DNA from: the human T2T-CHM13v2.0 reference genome, Homo sapiens
Direction: 5' to 3' (one strand)
Length of the DNA: 64,000 bases
NCBI RefSeq assembly: GCF_009914755.1
Contig: NC_060938.1
Notes under the pieces: generated by a model
Database searches by the model: none
The model's input: the letters and a program-made list of their open reading frames with translations, nothing else
Told to the model about the DNA's origin: nothing
Shown: positions 1 to 13,950 of the stretch, one piece after another
Layout: each line of letters starts with the position of its first letter
Position numbering within the stretch: the first letter of the stretch is position 1
Position numbers and translations under genes: made by a program

Positions 1-2787
1 TAGGCAGGGTGGGGAATGACACCACATTTTTTTCCAGTGGAGAAATTAAGGGATAGAATCTTTAATATAACAATAGGTACAAAGAACAGAACCAAAGGCA
101 AGAATGGAAGTAAAGAGTATCCCAGGGCTCGTAACTTCCTTTTGTGTGTTACTGTATCCAAGTCTGGTTGTTCAGTCATTCTCAGAACACATCTTGGGTT
201 GCATGATATGTACCACACAAACACACAGACAGGATTCAGCTGGGAACAGGTGAAAAAACAGCACTGGTCTACGTTTGAAAAATGTTGACAGTCAAAATGC
301 TTCTCTTGAATTCTCTAGTTCCTATTTCTTTTTTCATTAAAGAATGTGGCTAAAGAGTAAAGAGTACTATTAATATATAAGGAGAGCAAAGCAGAAGCAT
401 TCTCATGTTGCTTCTCGGAGCTTTACAGATAAATAATTAAACACAAAGCCCAAACTCCCCATTTCTGCCTTCAGTGATTTTTTTTCCCCCTCCTTCTGCA
501 CTGAACACGTGTATCTCTTTAAGAATTGGTCTGGCCTGGTGGTAACCTGTCCCGCTGAAGGCTGGGCATCAACACCACTGCCTTTGCTAAGGCTGGCAGT
601 CAGCTTGCTGTCAGCTTGCTTCTTGCAGCCTCTTCAGCTCTCAGACATCTGTAGCTCTGGGCTGGTTAGAGCTGAACATTCCACTCAGAAGAATGATCTC
701 TAGATCTTGGAGAAGAGAAACCCCATTAGGTGTTTGGTTTCGATAGGAAGTCATTTTTCAAATTTGCTGTTTTAGAGGGCATTTTTGGAAATGTTTGCCA
801 TGATTCTTCAAATTTCATTTGACAGATGGGGAAGTTTAAAGATAAACATGATCTCGCTCCTTTGAAAACCTTGGCAATTCCTCTTCTTCCAGTAGGAATC
901 TCTAGCTCTTTTCTCTTACCTCATCTCTGTAATTTTTCCTACCTACGCTCCTCTTTCCTTCTCTTGTATCAAACTTATACCTCTTTATTCTCTTAATTTA
1001 GCCAGTTTTTCCAACTAAGTTTAGGAAATATCATGTGAGCTCTGGGCCATGCTATTTCCAAGTAGAATTAGACATATTGGATCTCTGTCTTCATCTGAAA
1101 GCTCTTTTGGCCTTTTTTTTTTCCATCCTTTAATCATCCTTGTTGCTCAGTATCGAACCTATCTCAGTTCCCCATGACCCCCTTAAGAGAAAGAGACTAG
1201 AAAGAGATTGTGTCTCCTTTGTCAGGGTCTCGTTTTCAACATCATATATTAGCAATGCTTTTGGTTCAGAGGTCACCAGATGTACAGTGAATTTCCCCTA
1301 AAATGGAAAATGTTAAGATACAGGCCAGCATCTCCTTCCCCCTCTATCTCACAGATTTTGACTTGCTGCCTATTTTTTGGCCATTTAACCCTTTAAGAAG
1401 GAACACCAAATAAGCGCTTTCATGCTCAATTATCTTTGACTTGCAATCTAAAATGAACCATTTACTGAACAGGGAGAGAAACATGAAAAGCAAACACTAT
1501 TAAAGAATTATAGACTTCATAAGCTGCACAGTACTTGTGCATTTTGCTCTGTAGTGAAGGAACCTGTAAAATTGTACAGACGTTAGGAGAAAAGTTGCCA
1601 CCCAGCATGCGTTGATTTAACGGCATAACTTCCAGTAATGTAAAGTAGGGACCTTGATTCTTAGGGCACATTTTGTTATCCTTTCTTTCTTAATAGGACA
1701 AGGTTTAAAATATGCTGCTGTGCATACACAATAGCTGCTTTCCACTTATGCTGTTATCTGTGCAGAAATCATTCTCTCAGGCAAGAGATTAAAATAAATG
1801 CATAACAACTTTTTAGAATTGCTAATCCAAGTAAACTTCTCACAGAAAATTCAGCCTTTGAAGAAGGCATCTTAAACCTTGATATAAACAAACATTAATA
1901 AAATGTACTTCTTCCTACAATGGACAGTGATGACAATGAGATAGATATATGACTTGTTTTTTCCTTAGGAAGCCAATATTTGCTTTACTGCTTTAGATTG
2001 TACCGGTAAGGTTGAATTTGTGTGTTTTAAACCAAAACAGGGTTAAATCAGGATGTTTTGAGTCAAGTGGATAATAGGATGGAAAGTAAAATGGGTGGGT
2101 ATAGGCTGGTGCTGTTGGAAAGAAGTTCTCAGAGTCCTGAGGCTGGCACTGGATCCTCATTCAGTCTTGTGGCCTTGGACAAGCTGCTGTTTTGTGGGGT
2201 TGGGAGGAGGAAGAGGATACTTTGTGCAAGGAACAGTGCTAGAAATGCTACTTGCCTTCATTTTAACCTTGACTTCTCATTTTCTGAAAGGAGGCGGCAC
2301 AGGCTCAAAGAACTTCTGAATCAATCATTTGCTTTGCTAAGACAGAAATAGTCAATACTTGACTTGTATGTGTTTTTCACTCCATTACGTTGCTCCTCTC
2401 CTGCAGACTCCTTCCATGTTCTGTTGGTGTCTCCAGGCTTTGCCCAAAGGAATCTCCAACCAGGCTCATTCACTGGGGAGTTGGTACTCTACCTCTAAAG
2501 CCCAGATTCAGAGTTCTTATGTTTGTAATTTCTTTTTTCTCTCTCCTCTGGTCCCTACCCCAGACTCAAATTACCATCTAGTCATTCTTTTCCTGATACC
2601 ACCTTGTCCTGCTTTTCTTTTTCTTCCGATCTTTCTGGCTTCACACAAAAGGAACTCTTTACAACCTATGCCCTGATGTCCAATTGGGGGGCTCCATCCC
2701 CTATTTAAAATCACAAATCTGAAGGGCGGCAGAAACTATCAAGGTAGTTTTTAGGTCCGTGTCAAAAAGTCATATAAGATGGTAAAG

Positions 2788-2940
2788 AAATTCTAGAACT
2801 GAATGTGACCTGAGAGAAGATGAAGTCATCGCTCATTTTACAAATGAGGAAACTGAGGTTCCGATTTGCCCAAGATCATAACATGACTCAACAGCAGGGC
2901 TGAGCTCCTCTGCCTCCCACTCTGGGACTCCTTCTTCCAC
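2788..2940 (-). mobile_element. MIR SINE remnant
   Basis: MIR core in reverse orientation: cattttacaaatgaggaaactgaggtt...tttgcccaagatcata. Boundaries approximate. Confidence 0.7.
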
Positions 2941-3309
2941 ATATGGCAGGGAGGAGTTCAAGGGTTAAAGACAGCTATAATCTCCCTTTGAAAAAGCCCA
3001 ATACCATGTGTCCATTTACAAATTGTAAAAATGGAACTCCATATTAGCATAGTATCCTGAAACTTGTCCTGGCTTTCACACTGCTACTGGTATTGGCCCT
3101 TGAATGCAAAAAAAATTTTTTTTTGCAAGAAGAATGTGTTGTCCAGAAGTACATGGAGTCACATAATTTGCTGCATGTTGTTCTTCCCTTATAAAATGTC
3201 TTTGCCTGGGCTCACTCGCCTGATCATAGAATCCAAACCAAATTATTTTCCCCAGGGATACTGTACCATGTGTATCTATCATCGTGCCACTCACACATAT
3301 CTTCTAGCC

Positions 3310-3495
3310 CAGTAGTTCTCAAACTTTGGTGTGCCTAAGAATCACCTGGATGACTTATTCAAGCACAGATGATTAGGCCCCAATCCCAGAGTTTCTGATT
3401 CAATAGGGCTTTTGTAGGGCCTGATAATTTGTTTTTCTAGTAAGTTCCCAGCTGCTCTGCGGCTGCTGGTCCAGGGCATAATTTGAGAATTACTG
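3310..3495 (+). mobile_element. MER5A (hAT-Charlie MITE), near full length
   Basis: TIRs cagtagttctcaaa / tttgagaattactg, typical internal agaatcacctgg...cccagagtttctgattca, and degenerate 8-bp TSD ttctagcc / ttctacct resembling the Charlie target NTCTAGAN. Confidence 0.85.
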
Positions 3496-3671
3496 TTCTA
3501 CCTCAACTGCCTTCCTGCAAGCCCTCAGCTCAGAAGCAACGCTAGACCATTTTTTTTAAAGGAGTGACCACTAATTGGTCCAGAAGTGGACATCTGATAG
3601 AGAGATTAGCCAATGAGCAGCAAGAGGAGAAGACAGTGTAGAAGCCAAGAGAAGAAGAACGGTAGAGTACA

Positions 3672-3843
3672 GAGGGGAGAGGGGGAGGGGAGAGGGGGAG
3701 GGGAGAGGGGGAGGGGAGAGGGGGAGGGGAGAGGGGGAGGGGAGAGGGGGAGGGGAGGGGAGGGGGAAGGGAGGGGAGAGGGGGAGGGGGAAGGGAGAGG
3801 AAGGAAGGGGAGGGCAGGGGAGGGGAGGCGAGGAAAAAAGAGA
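3672..3843 (+). repeat. Polypurine G/A minisatellite; six perfect 13-bp GGGGAGAGGGGGA units (3674-3751) followed by degenerate units
   Basis: Read directly from the sequence; nearly pure purine strand. Confidence 0.95.
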
Positions 3844-5058
3844 ACATGAACTCTGAATTTCACAGCGATAAGCAGCAGGTGCAGCACTACCTCTGGAGCA
3901 GCCTTAAGTGATTGTCTTTATGAGCCTCTTCCTTTCAGGTAGCCTGAGGGGCTTTCATGGAATGAAATGAACCGTCTCTACATAGAGATAATTATGGTCA
4001 TTTTTCAGAACAACGGTGTTAGCTTTATGAGCTGCATAGAGTTGGAGTTATTAGAACCCAGCTAGGGCTGGAGATTCTTTAGGGAATCTTTTTAACTTTT
4101 ACTCTAAAAGAGGTAGAAGTGCTAAAAGTGCCAAGAGTGACAATTCCAGGATTTGTATATAGGAAGGGATTAGGGGCCACAGCCTGAACAGATCTGGAGC
4201 AACCAGGATTTGCCTTGAAGGTATGTTTGTCTAAAAAGAGACAAGTTTTATTTAAATCATTTGCCTAATAGGTGTGGCTTAGAGGAGCTGATGGAAATGA
4301 CAGGAAACCTTCACATTGCCACTGGTTTTTAGTAAGAAAATCAGCTTCAAATACCTGTATCCCATCACTAGCCTTTTGCCTCAGCCATCACTGTTACTGC
4401 AGAGCCTCTGCTTCCACCACACACCCAGGGTCCTTTCACTTCAGAGGGCCTGCACAGGCTCTCTGTCAAGTGCCTCTTTTGAAGGCAAACAATATGATTG
4501 GCTATGTTGTTGTTGAGAACTTCATTTGTAATGGATCTTTAGTGGTGTACATAACATAAAAGGCCCTTGGATATCCTAGAGAGATTCTTTGTTTTTCTTA
4601 CTAACACGGGGATAACCAGACTGTTATAATCAGATTCCACCATTGATGGTGGTCTTGAATCTGAGGACCTTCATTGAAGAGTTGGTGTAAATTTCATTTT
4701 GAATATATTTAGAAATAACGATTTACCTTACAGTGTTATTGTTGATTCTTATATGGAGAAGTACTGACTTTTAAAAAAATTAATGTCAATAAGATTTATT
4801 TTAAAAGACTCAACAGTCAATACTGGTATGGGTATGATGAGATTTTCATTTTCACATTTTGCTTACTATATATTATGTATATAGTGATATGATTATTCAG
4901 GAAAGCAACTTGGCAATATATAAATAAATCAAGCACTTTAAATTTTCTATTCTTTTGCTTAAGTAGTTTCACTTTCAGAAATCTATCCTAAGGAAGTAAA
5001 CAGTAATGCAGACAAAGATCCATGTCAAAGACATTCCCCACAGCCTTACTGACAATAG

Positions 5059-5712
5059 TCGTGGTGGACTCGGTGGATCAGGCTCAGTCAGCATTCTCCA
5101 ACCTTGTTCTTGCTGGCCTCTCTGTTCTGCAGAGGCTGGAAAGCTAATACCTATACCACCCTACATATAGAATCCATCTGCAAATTAGGTTCCCCCCACT
5201 AGATGCACTCATATGATATTTAGGAGGTAAAAGTGAAGCAGAGGACATCTTCCTATTGACCGAGGTTTTTCTTGTTTTTTTTCTGATGACAAACATCAGA
5301 AAACAAACATGGTGGTGGCAATGCTGCGTTTTCCTGAAGAAGCAGTCCAGCGTCCATCACTTTTTTGGGGAGTATCAAGAGAGGCCATAGCAGTGGTAGC
5401 AGTGGCCCTGCTTCTTGGCTCACAGCTATGTATGGCAGTGTGTTCTTGAAGTCAGCAGTCTCAGCAAGGGTCTCTGGCTGCCCCACGTCTATCACTTCTG
5501 ATGCCCCCTAGCATCTACTCTTTCAAAACCATTTATTAGATTGGTGCAAAAGTAACTGTGGTTTTTGCCATTACTCAACAGCAAAAGCCGCGATTACTTT
5601 TGCAACAACCTATACAATTTTGTCAGCTTCTTAGTCCCTGTATTAAATGTCTTTCTGTCTAACCTAGGTAGGGAGCCTTCTGTCTCTTGACTCTTCATGA
5701 GGCCTGACTGAA
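5059..5712 (+). mobile_element. LTR33-family (ERVL) solo LTR
   Basis: ctgcagaggctggaaagctaa...agatgcactcatatgatatttaggaggtaaaagtgaagcagaggacatcttcc and 3' ccctgtattaaatgtctttctg...ctgactgaaa resemble the remembered LTR33 consensus. Confidence 0.65.
5536..5612. mobile_element. MADE1 (Hsmar1-derived palindromic MITE)
   Basis: ttagattggtgcaaaagtaactgtggtttttgccatt...gcaaaagccgcgattacttttgcaacaaccta; ~80-bp palindrome flanked by TA. Confidence 0.93.
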
Positions 5713-6689
5713 ATCTCCAGCAACAATAAAAGATGAAATATTTTGTAGTGCATCTCTTTGATGGAACATTTTGTAGACATTAAAAAATAATGTTTTAGAA
5801 GGAAATGTAATGATGTGAATGTTTATATCATGGGAAGAAAAGAAAAAACTGGGAGGAAATTGATTCTAACATCTTAACGGTATTTATCTTTGGATAGTGG
5901 GGATATAAATGATTTTTACTATATTTGTTATACTTTATTCTTGAAAAGTTTTGCAATATACTTTATTGCTTTTGTAATCACAGGAAATAATAAAGGGCAG
6001 AGATTTTTCTAAGTATTTGCTAATTCATAATGATATACATTTTTAAAATGTTGAATCTAATTACGGACTAAGTTTATTTAAAAGCCATCATTTGAAATTT
6101 TTTGCATATTTGCCTTATAGCGATCTTTTTTTCTCTTCTGACTTACTCACTGCATTTGCTGATTATGACCATGCTAGGATACATTTCACTGCTACATGAA
6201 AATGGGTATTTTGTTGGTGCCCAAAATAATTTCACATACTTGTATTCAAAAGCATTCTCTTTTGCTTTCTATCTTGTAGAAAGCATATTTTAAAATAGCT
6301 GCGTAATAACTAATAGAAGGTACTAGTGTTCAAGTTGGTAAAGATAGAATCAGCTGAAACTCCCAATTAGATCAACATCAAGCCTTGATATACAGACTAA
6401 CACTGATTGGGAGGAAGTTATGTCTATTATGCTTTCACTCCTAATCTCAGCTTTAGATAGAGTATTGTGATCATGATGTACTAGATGTTAAAGTTCCGAT
6501 TAGTTTGTCAGATTCATAGATTTTAATCTTAAAATGTTGTCTTACACATCACTCTGCCCCAATTAAACCATATCCAACAAATGAAAACCCACCCTGTTGA
6601 ACACTGACAATGAAGAAGATTCTACATTCTTGGGGAATTTGTTTCTATTTCAGCTCTGAAAAATTTTTTTAAATCTAAATTCGATTTCT

Positions 6690-7745
6690 GATCTAAAGAA
6701 ACTAAAGAGCATCTGCACAGCAAAAGAAACTATCAACAGAATACACAGGCAGCCTACAGAATGGGAGAAGATGTTCACAAACTATGTGTCAGTCAAAGGT
6801 GTAATATCTAGGATCTATACAGGAACTTAACTGAACAAGCAAAAAATAACCCCATTAAAAAGTGGGCAAAAGACATGAAGAGACATTTCTCAAAAGAAGA
6901 CATACAAGTGGCCAATAAACATGAAAAATGCTCAACATCACTAATCAGAGAAATGCAAGTCAAAACCACAATGACATACCATCTCACTTAGAATGGCTAT
7001 TTTTAAAATGTCTTAAAAAAAATAGATGCTGGCAAAGCTACAGAAAAAAGGGAACACTTACACACTGTTGGTGGGAATGTAAATTAATTCAGCTGCCGTG
7101 GAAAGCAGTTTACAGATTTCTCAAAGAACTTAAGACAGAACTACCATTTGACCCAGCAATCCCCTTCCTGGGTAAATACCCAAAAGAAAATAAATTGTTC
7201 TACCAAAGAGACACATGCCCTCATGTGTTCATTGTAGCACTATTCACAATAGCAAAGACATGGAATCAACCTAGGTGCTCATTGATGGTGGATTTGATAA
7301 AGAAAATGTGGTACATCCACACCATGGAATGCTACACAACCGTAAAAAGAAGAAAATCATGTCCTTTGCAGCAACATGGATGTGGCTGAGTGCCATTATC
7401 CTAAGTGACCTAACATGAACAGAAAACCAAATATCACATATTCTCACTTATAAGTGGGAGCTAAGCATTGGTTATGCATAGACATAGAGATGGGAACAAA
7501 AGACACTGGGGACTACTAGAAGGGGAAGGGGAATGGGGAGGAGGGGAGGGGGAGGGGGAGTCGGGAGGGGGAGGGGGGAGGGGGGAGGGGCAGAGGGGAG
7601 CAAGGCTGAAAAACTACATATTAGGTTCTATGCTCACTACCTAGGTGATGGGATCATTCATACCCCAAACCTCAGCATCATGCAATATAGCTGTGTAACA
7701 AACCTGCACATGTACCCCATGAATCTAAAATAAAAGTTAAATAAA
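6690..7745 (+). mobile_element. 5'-truncated L1 (L1PA15-17-like): ORF2 C-terminus and 3'UTR
   Basis: ORF 6928-7389 has the ORF2 C-terminal motif (HCWWECKL...PFDPAIP). The 3'UTR ends aaacctgcacatgtaccccatgaatctaaaataaaag. Degenerate TSD aattcgatttct / aattccatttct. Confidence 0.9.
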
Positions 7746-10534
7746 TGAATTCCATTTCTTATTCTACCATTTCAGCTTATTTCTTTCTGATCCAGCCTTA
7801 ATATTGATAGATAACAATGGTCTAAATGTAAAAGTTTATTATAAATTATCCTTTGATTTTTTAACATCCCAGGCAAGGGAATCTCAGTTTATTATCAGTC
7901 TTTTGACATTTTCACCCCACTTTCCCCCCAGAATCCATGGGGGCATGCTTCTGTTGTATCCAGTCCCCAATAAATAAATATATAAATGTATGAATATGTA
8001 AAAATAAAAGTATACAAGTCCTCCACGAGGACTTGACAAAATAACCCTAAGCTCTATAGATTAGAAGAGAAGATGATCATAGCCCCCCTTTTGTCTTCTT
8101 CCCTGGAGATGAAATAGGGGAAGGATATGATAAGGGAGAAAGTAAGATTTCTAAATAGACCAGAAAAGGAGCTATTCTTGATGGGTTAGAGGAAAAGAAA
8201 CCAAGTCAGATCCATAGCTAAACTATTGTTCTTTTGGATTAAAAAATCGTACCCTGTAAACACATTCATTACCATAGCTTTCTATTCTCCATAGTGGAGG
8301 CTTAACTCCTAGGATTACAAATAATGGCACATGTTGCAATTTTGCTTAGAGTGGGGACTTCCATGCAGCCATATTTCCTCCTGGCACTATATCACAGAAC
8401 CTCTTTGGTGCTGGTTTCCTGTAGGCATCTCAAAAGTATTTGGACCCTTTACAAACAGAAGCCAACAAAACTGAAATGCAAAGAAAGGAAAAATCATGTT
8501 GTTTGGGATAATCGAGGAAGGTATCATGGAGAAGAGGGATTTGAGTTGGGCTCTAGGTGACTGGGTATGATTTGATTGCTAAAAACTGGGGAAGATGGTG
8601 ACTTGCATAAGTAAGTCAATCATATTCTCCACCATCACTAGCAATGCTCAGCTAATAACCAGTCTCTAGCCCACATCCTGCCAGTTGTGTATGTGAAGAC
8701 CATGTCAAAGTTGGTTGGTGAAGGGTTTCAACCAAATCTTTCCATTTGACTAATTAAATTGCTAGCTTCTTTAATTTTTCTAATATAACTTTTAGAATAT
8801 CTCATTTTGTTGATATGAAGGGGAAAACACCTTTTTAATGTGGAAACACAATCTCATAATTTTATTGTATTATCTAATGAGATCCTATTTTTCTCCTGTA
8901 TCCTTCTCACAAAATCTTATTGTGCTGACTATGTATGAATGAAAATCCCACTAAATACTTTGGAGCCATTAGTATAGAAATGAGCAAACTAGGATTGTAT
9001 GGAGATGAAATATATCCCCTAGAGAAAAATAATGAAATGAGGGGAACAAATACAGCTGAAGCTGCCATATATCAAGAAATGATTCTGTGACACACCATGT
9101 GGTGATGAGGATAAGCACTGGCTGCCAATTTGTACAGAGGAAAGCATGAAATTGATGTCAGATAAAGACTGATCCACGAGTTTGGAGAGGTAAAAAACTA
9201 TAGGCTTAATTCAGAGCTCAGAGGTGGTCTGGATTGCAAATACCACCTGACAGAATAATTTGGTAACTAAATGATGAGATTGGCATTTCTTTTATATAAT
9301 CTCCATCCCTCTTACTTCCAACAAGAGTTAGTGCAGCATGTCCTGAATTTTGTTATTAATTCCAGGACAAATATGTCAGAAGAATTCAGAAACTGAGATA
9401 GGAGGGAAATGGGGCCTCTTCAGTGTATTTTCTGAAATTCATGGAACCTTATGTTATCTGAACTGTGGTTTCTGTTTCATATTTCAAGGTACAGACGGTC
9501 TATTTGGCAGCACTGGTAATTTGCAGTGACAGCTAAAAATACAGCTGGAAAAAGTAAATAGGAAAAGTACTTAATGTTTGTGGCAAATGGAAGCTAAATC
9601 ATCCTTTCAATGAAACCACCACAATTTCATGTTTTTGAAGGAACAAACACAATGCACTCTAAACTCAGACAAATGAGTTTATCTAGGGAAAATCGCAAGC
9701 AAACAGCAAAACCCTGATGTTGTTTATTTCTTGTAGACTAAGCAAACTATTCCCTATAAACAAGTTAAATCTTGCCTTTAACAAGAACTTAGGGCACTTG
9801 GGGTTCATTCCTCACCCTTGAGGTCAACATCAGGTATCCCTCCAAATATCTCTTGGTGCCACTGTCAGTCACAATTTGGGGGTGGATAAACTACTGTTTC
9901 TGATTAATAAAGAAGGTCTCATGAATTTTTATTTTTCTGAATGAGGGAAATCCAGCAGGAGAATACAGTCAAATTTGGAAAGGACAGACATAGTTGCATA
10001 TTTCCATTGGCATTCTCTCCTCTTCATTTCTGTCCAAGAATGCTGTCAGCAGAATCCCACCATAGTCTCTGCAGGTGCAACTCCATGCAGCACCAGGTAT
10101 CTCTGTTCTCTTTGTTTTATGATCAGGGAGAAAGGATGAGAACTCACCAGAGAGCGTATATTATTACAACAGATTTTAATATCAGTTTATTTCAGTTCTG
10201 CAAATGCCTTCTTCTTAAATATTCTACTCTTCCACTCTCCCTCACCCATAACTCCTTAAGGTCCCACTCTCACAAACTTTTCATATAGAACTATAGTTGA
10301 ATTTACAAATGTGGTGGCAGAAAGGGGCTTGACCAATAGATTTAGGGCATCCATCATCTGCAAGACTAGTACCTAGCATATTAGGAGGTGCTCAAAAAAC
10401 ATTTGTTGAATGAATAAACCTTACGTGTAAGATACATGAAAATTGCCCCAGAGGAGCCAGACATTGAACTTCTGGGTTTTGGTAGCTAATGTTATTCTGA
10501 AGCTCATGTTTCAAATAGGGACTTGCAGCCTCCA

Positions 10535-10812
10535 TTTTTTTTGGTGGGGGGACAGGATTTCATTAAGTCGCCCAGGCTGGAGTGCAGTGGCACAATCACA
10601 CCTCACTGCAGCCTCAACCTCCCAGGGCTCAACTGATTCTCCAACCTCAGCCTCCTGAGTAGCTGGACTATAGGCACACTGCCACCACACCTAGCTAATT
10701 TTTGTATATTTTGTAGAGACAGCGTTTTGCTGTGTTACACAGGCTGGTCTCCAACTCCTGGGCTCAAGCTATTCACCCACCTCAGCTTCCCAAAGTGCTA
10801 GGATTACAGGCC
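10535..10812 (-). mobile_element. AluJ
   Basis: Reverse Alu dimer with J-type features (ctcactgcagcctcaacctccc, ctcctgggctcaagc). Confidence 0.9.
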
Positions 10813-11119
10813 AAATTTCTTAGAGTAGCTTTGTGGGCAGCGCACAACTTATTAGAGTAGGAACATCATTTTTGGTAGTAAATACCAGCTATTAGTATAG
10901 CCTAACGCAAAGCTTCTCAGAAACCTAAGGAACAGACGTAACTGATGTTCTTTTAATCAGTCTACCATCTAAGTGTTTGCCAGCTAGAGCATTATTTTTA
11001 GGCTTGGGCATGTTACACATATTTCTTGGCAAAGACAATTTATTTACATTTTGTCTTCTTACCATTATGCATTGTGGTTTGCAAGGCAGTAAATTTAAGT
11101 GAGAAATGAATAAAATAAT

Positions 11120-13530
11120 AAATACAAGTTTAAACATCCTCAACAAAATACAACAAACCAAATTCAACAGCACATTAAAAGGCTCATATACCATGACAAA
11201 GTGGGTTTGATCCCTGGGATGCAAGAATGGTTCAACATATGACACCAATTAATGTGATACACCACATTAACAGAATGAAGGATTAAAATCATTATCAACT
11301 CAATGAATGCAGAGAAAAGCATTTGATAAAATTCAAAGCCATTTCATGTTAAAAACTCAACAAACTAGGAATCAAACTATCCTTATACTCAATGGCAAAA
11401 AAAGCTTTTCTCCTGAGATTAGGAGCAAGGCAAAGATGCCCACTCTCACCACTGTATTCATAATATTAGAAGTTCTGGTCAGAGCAATTAGATTAAAAAA
11501 AGAAAGAAAAGACGCCCAAGGTCGAAAAGGAAGAGGTAAAATTTTACCTATTTGTAGATGACATGATCTTATATATAGAAAACCCTAAAGACTTCACCAA
11601 AAAAAAAAAAAACTGTTAAAATTAGTGAATGAATTCAATAAAGTAGTAGGATACAAAATCAACAGACAAAAATTAGTTACATTTCTGTATGCTAGCAACA
11701 AACTATCTGAAAAGGAAATTAGGAAAACAGTCCCATTTATAATAACATCAAACAGAATAAAACACTTAAGAATAAAGTTGACTAAGGTAGTGATAGACTT
11801 ATACACTGAAAACTGTAAAACATTGATGACAGAAATTAAAGACATAAACAAATGGAAAGACATTCTGTGCTCATGCAATGGAAGACTTAACATAGTTAAA
11901 AATGTCCATACTACCTAAAGTGATCTATAAATTGAAAGCAATCCTTATCAAAATCCCAATGACATTTTTTTATGGAAATAGAAAAAACGATTCTAAAATT
12001 CATATGGAACCACAAAGGACTCTGAATAGCCAAAACAATCTTAAGAAGGAAAATCAAAGCTGAATTCCTGATTTCCAAATATATTACAAAGCAATAATAA
12101 TTAAAACAGTGTGGAACTGGCATACAGACAGACATATAAACCAATGGAACCAAATAAAAGCCCAGAAATAAATCCATGCTTATACAGTCAATTGATCTTT
12201 GACAAGGGCCCCAACAACACACAATGGGGGAAGGATGGTCCGTTTAACAAATGGTGTTTGGAAAACCAGATATCCACATGCAAAAGAATGAAATTGAACC
12301 CTTATATTACACTGTACACAAGCTCAAAAACTCAAATATAAGACGTGAAAGTGTAAAACTAGAAGAAAACATAGTGGGAAAGTTACATGCCCTTGGTCTT
12401 GGCAATGACTTCATGAATATCACACCAAAAGCACAGACAAAAAATGCAAAAATAGACAAGTAGGACTATATGAAATTAAAACTCTTCTTCACAGCAAAGG
12501 AAACAATCCACAGAATAAAAAGGCAACCTATAGAATGACAGAAAATATTCACAAATCATATTTCAGATAACGGGTTAATTTCTAAAACACATAAGGAACT
12601 CTTTATAACTCAACAGCAAACTCTAACTCGTTAGCAAAACAAAAACAAAACACACCCACAAAACAAACAAACAAACAAAAAACAAAAAACAACCTGCTTT
12701 AAAAATGGGCGAAGGACTTCAAGAGACATTGTTCCAAAAAAGTTATTCAAATGGCCAAAGTTATATGAAAATATGCTCAATGCCACTTATGCAAATCAAA
12801 TGACAATGAGATATCACTTCATACATGTTAGAATGGCTCTTATCAAGAGACAGAAGTGTTGGCAAGGATACAGAGAAACTGGAACCCTTGTACACTTGGT
12901 GAGAACGCAAAATGGTGCTGTCAGTATGGGAAACAGTATGGAGGTTCCTCAAAAATTTAAATATAGAACTGCCATATGATCCAGCAATCCCATTCTGGGT
13001 ATTTATCCAAAAGAATTGAAATCAGGATCTTGAAGCGATATTAACATTTCCATGTTCGTTACAGCACTATTCACAAATAGCCAAGAGGTGAAAACAATCT
13101 AAATGTCCTTTGATGGATGAATGGATAAAGAAAATGTTATGTACATACAGTGGAATATTATTCAGCCATAAACAAGGGAAATCCTATGATATGCTATAAT
13201 AGCACATGGCTGAACCTGAGGACATTATTTTATGCTAAGTGAAATAAGACAGAAGGACAAATATTGTATGCTTCAGTTTATATGAGGTATCTAAAATAGT
13301 CAAACTCATAGAAACAGAGCAGAATGGTGGTTGCCAGGGGAGGTGGGGAGAAGGAAATGGGAAATTGCTAATCAATGGGTATAAAGTTTCAGTAATGCAA
13401 GATAAGTTCCAGAGATCTGCTGTACAACATTGTGCCTATAGTGTTGCATTGCACACTTAAACATATGTTAAGAGGGTAAATCTCATGTTAAGTGTTTGTA
13501 CGATGAAACTTCTTAAAAATTAAATTTTAA
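11120..13530 (+). mobile_element. 5'-truncated old L1 (L1MA9/L1MB1-like): RT region to 3'UTR, frameshifted
   Basis: Several ORF2 fragments in the ORF track (KAFDKIQ, GYKINRQK, QLIFDKG), degenerate FVDD motif tttgtagatgac, and 3'UTR gagatctgctgtacaacattgtgcctatag...ctcatgttaagtg. Internal (CAAA)n at about 12636-12692. Confidence 0.9.
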
Positions 13531-13573
13531 AAAGCAGCAAAATAAATGAACTGTATATAGATGAAAAATATTC

Positions 13574-13719
13574 TAGTTCTCAAACTCCTGGGTAAAATGT
13601 TAAAATGCTGTGTCCAGGGCCTTACCTCTTCAGATTCTGACTCAATCTGGGGTGGAGCCCTGGAGTCTGCATTTTAACAAATCCAAGCATCTGCTGCAGA
13701 AGCATGTTAAGAAGCACTG
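13574..13719 (+). mobile_element. MER5-family MITE remnant
   Basis: tagttctcaaact...gattctgactcaatctggggtggagccctggagtctgcattttaacaa...ttaagaagcactg. Confidence 0.65.
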
Positions 13720-13789
13720 ATGCGCGTGAAAGGGCCTTGTAAAAAATATGCAAAAGAAAAGTCTAAGTTGTTAGTAAACTTTGCATAGT

Positions 13790-13950
13790 GATAGCCGACA
13801 TTTATTCATCAGCTTCTGTGCCTCAGACTCATGATCTAGGTCACCATATTACCCCGTTTTCCAGATGAGGAACTGAGACATAGAAAACAGTAAATGGCAG
13901 AGCCACGACTCAACACAAGGTGGTCTGATGCGCCATCCACTCTCTTGACC
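13790..13950 (-). mobile_element. MIR remnant
   Basis: tattaccccgttttccagatgaggaactgagacatagaa...gtaaatggcagagcc. Confidence 0.7.

Larger units (their letters stand above)
4890..5990 (+). mobile_element. Old L1ME-type 3' fragment, split by LTR33
   Basis: Degenerate L1 3' motifs (caacttggcaata...cactttcagaaatctatcctaaggaa; gatggaacattttgtagacattaaaaaataatg) on both sides of the LTR. Confidence 0.55.

Noticed and set aside
3542-3887. Pro/Ser-rich and Gly/Arg/Glu-rich ORFs
   Set aside because: These are translations of the G/A minisatellite.
5193-5210. CTCF-like ccactagatgcac
   Set aside because: Lacks the GGC core and is explained by LTR33 sequence.
7520-7600. G-rich tract giving a Gly-rich ORF
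   Set aside because: Expansion of the normal G-rich tract of the L1 3'UTR.
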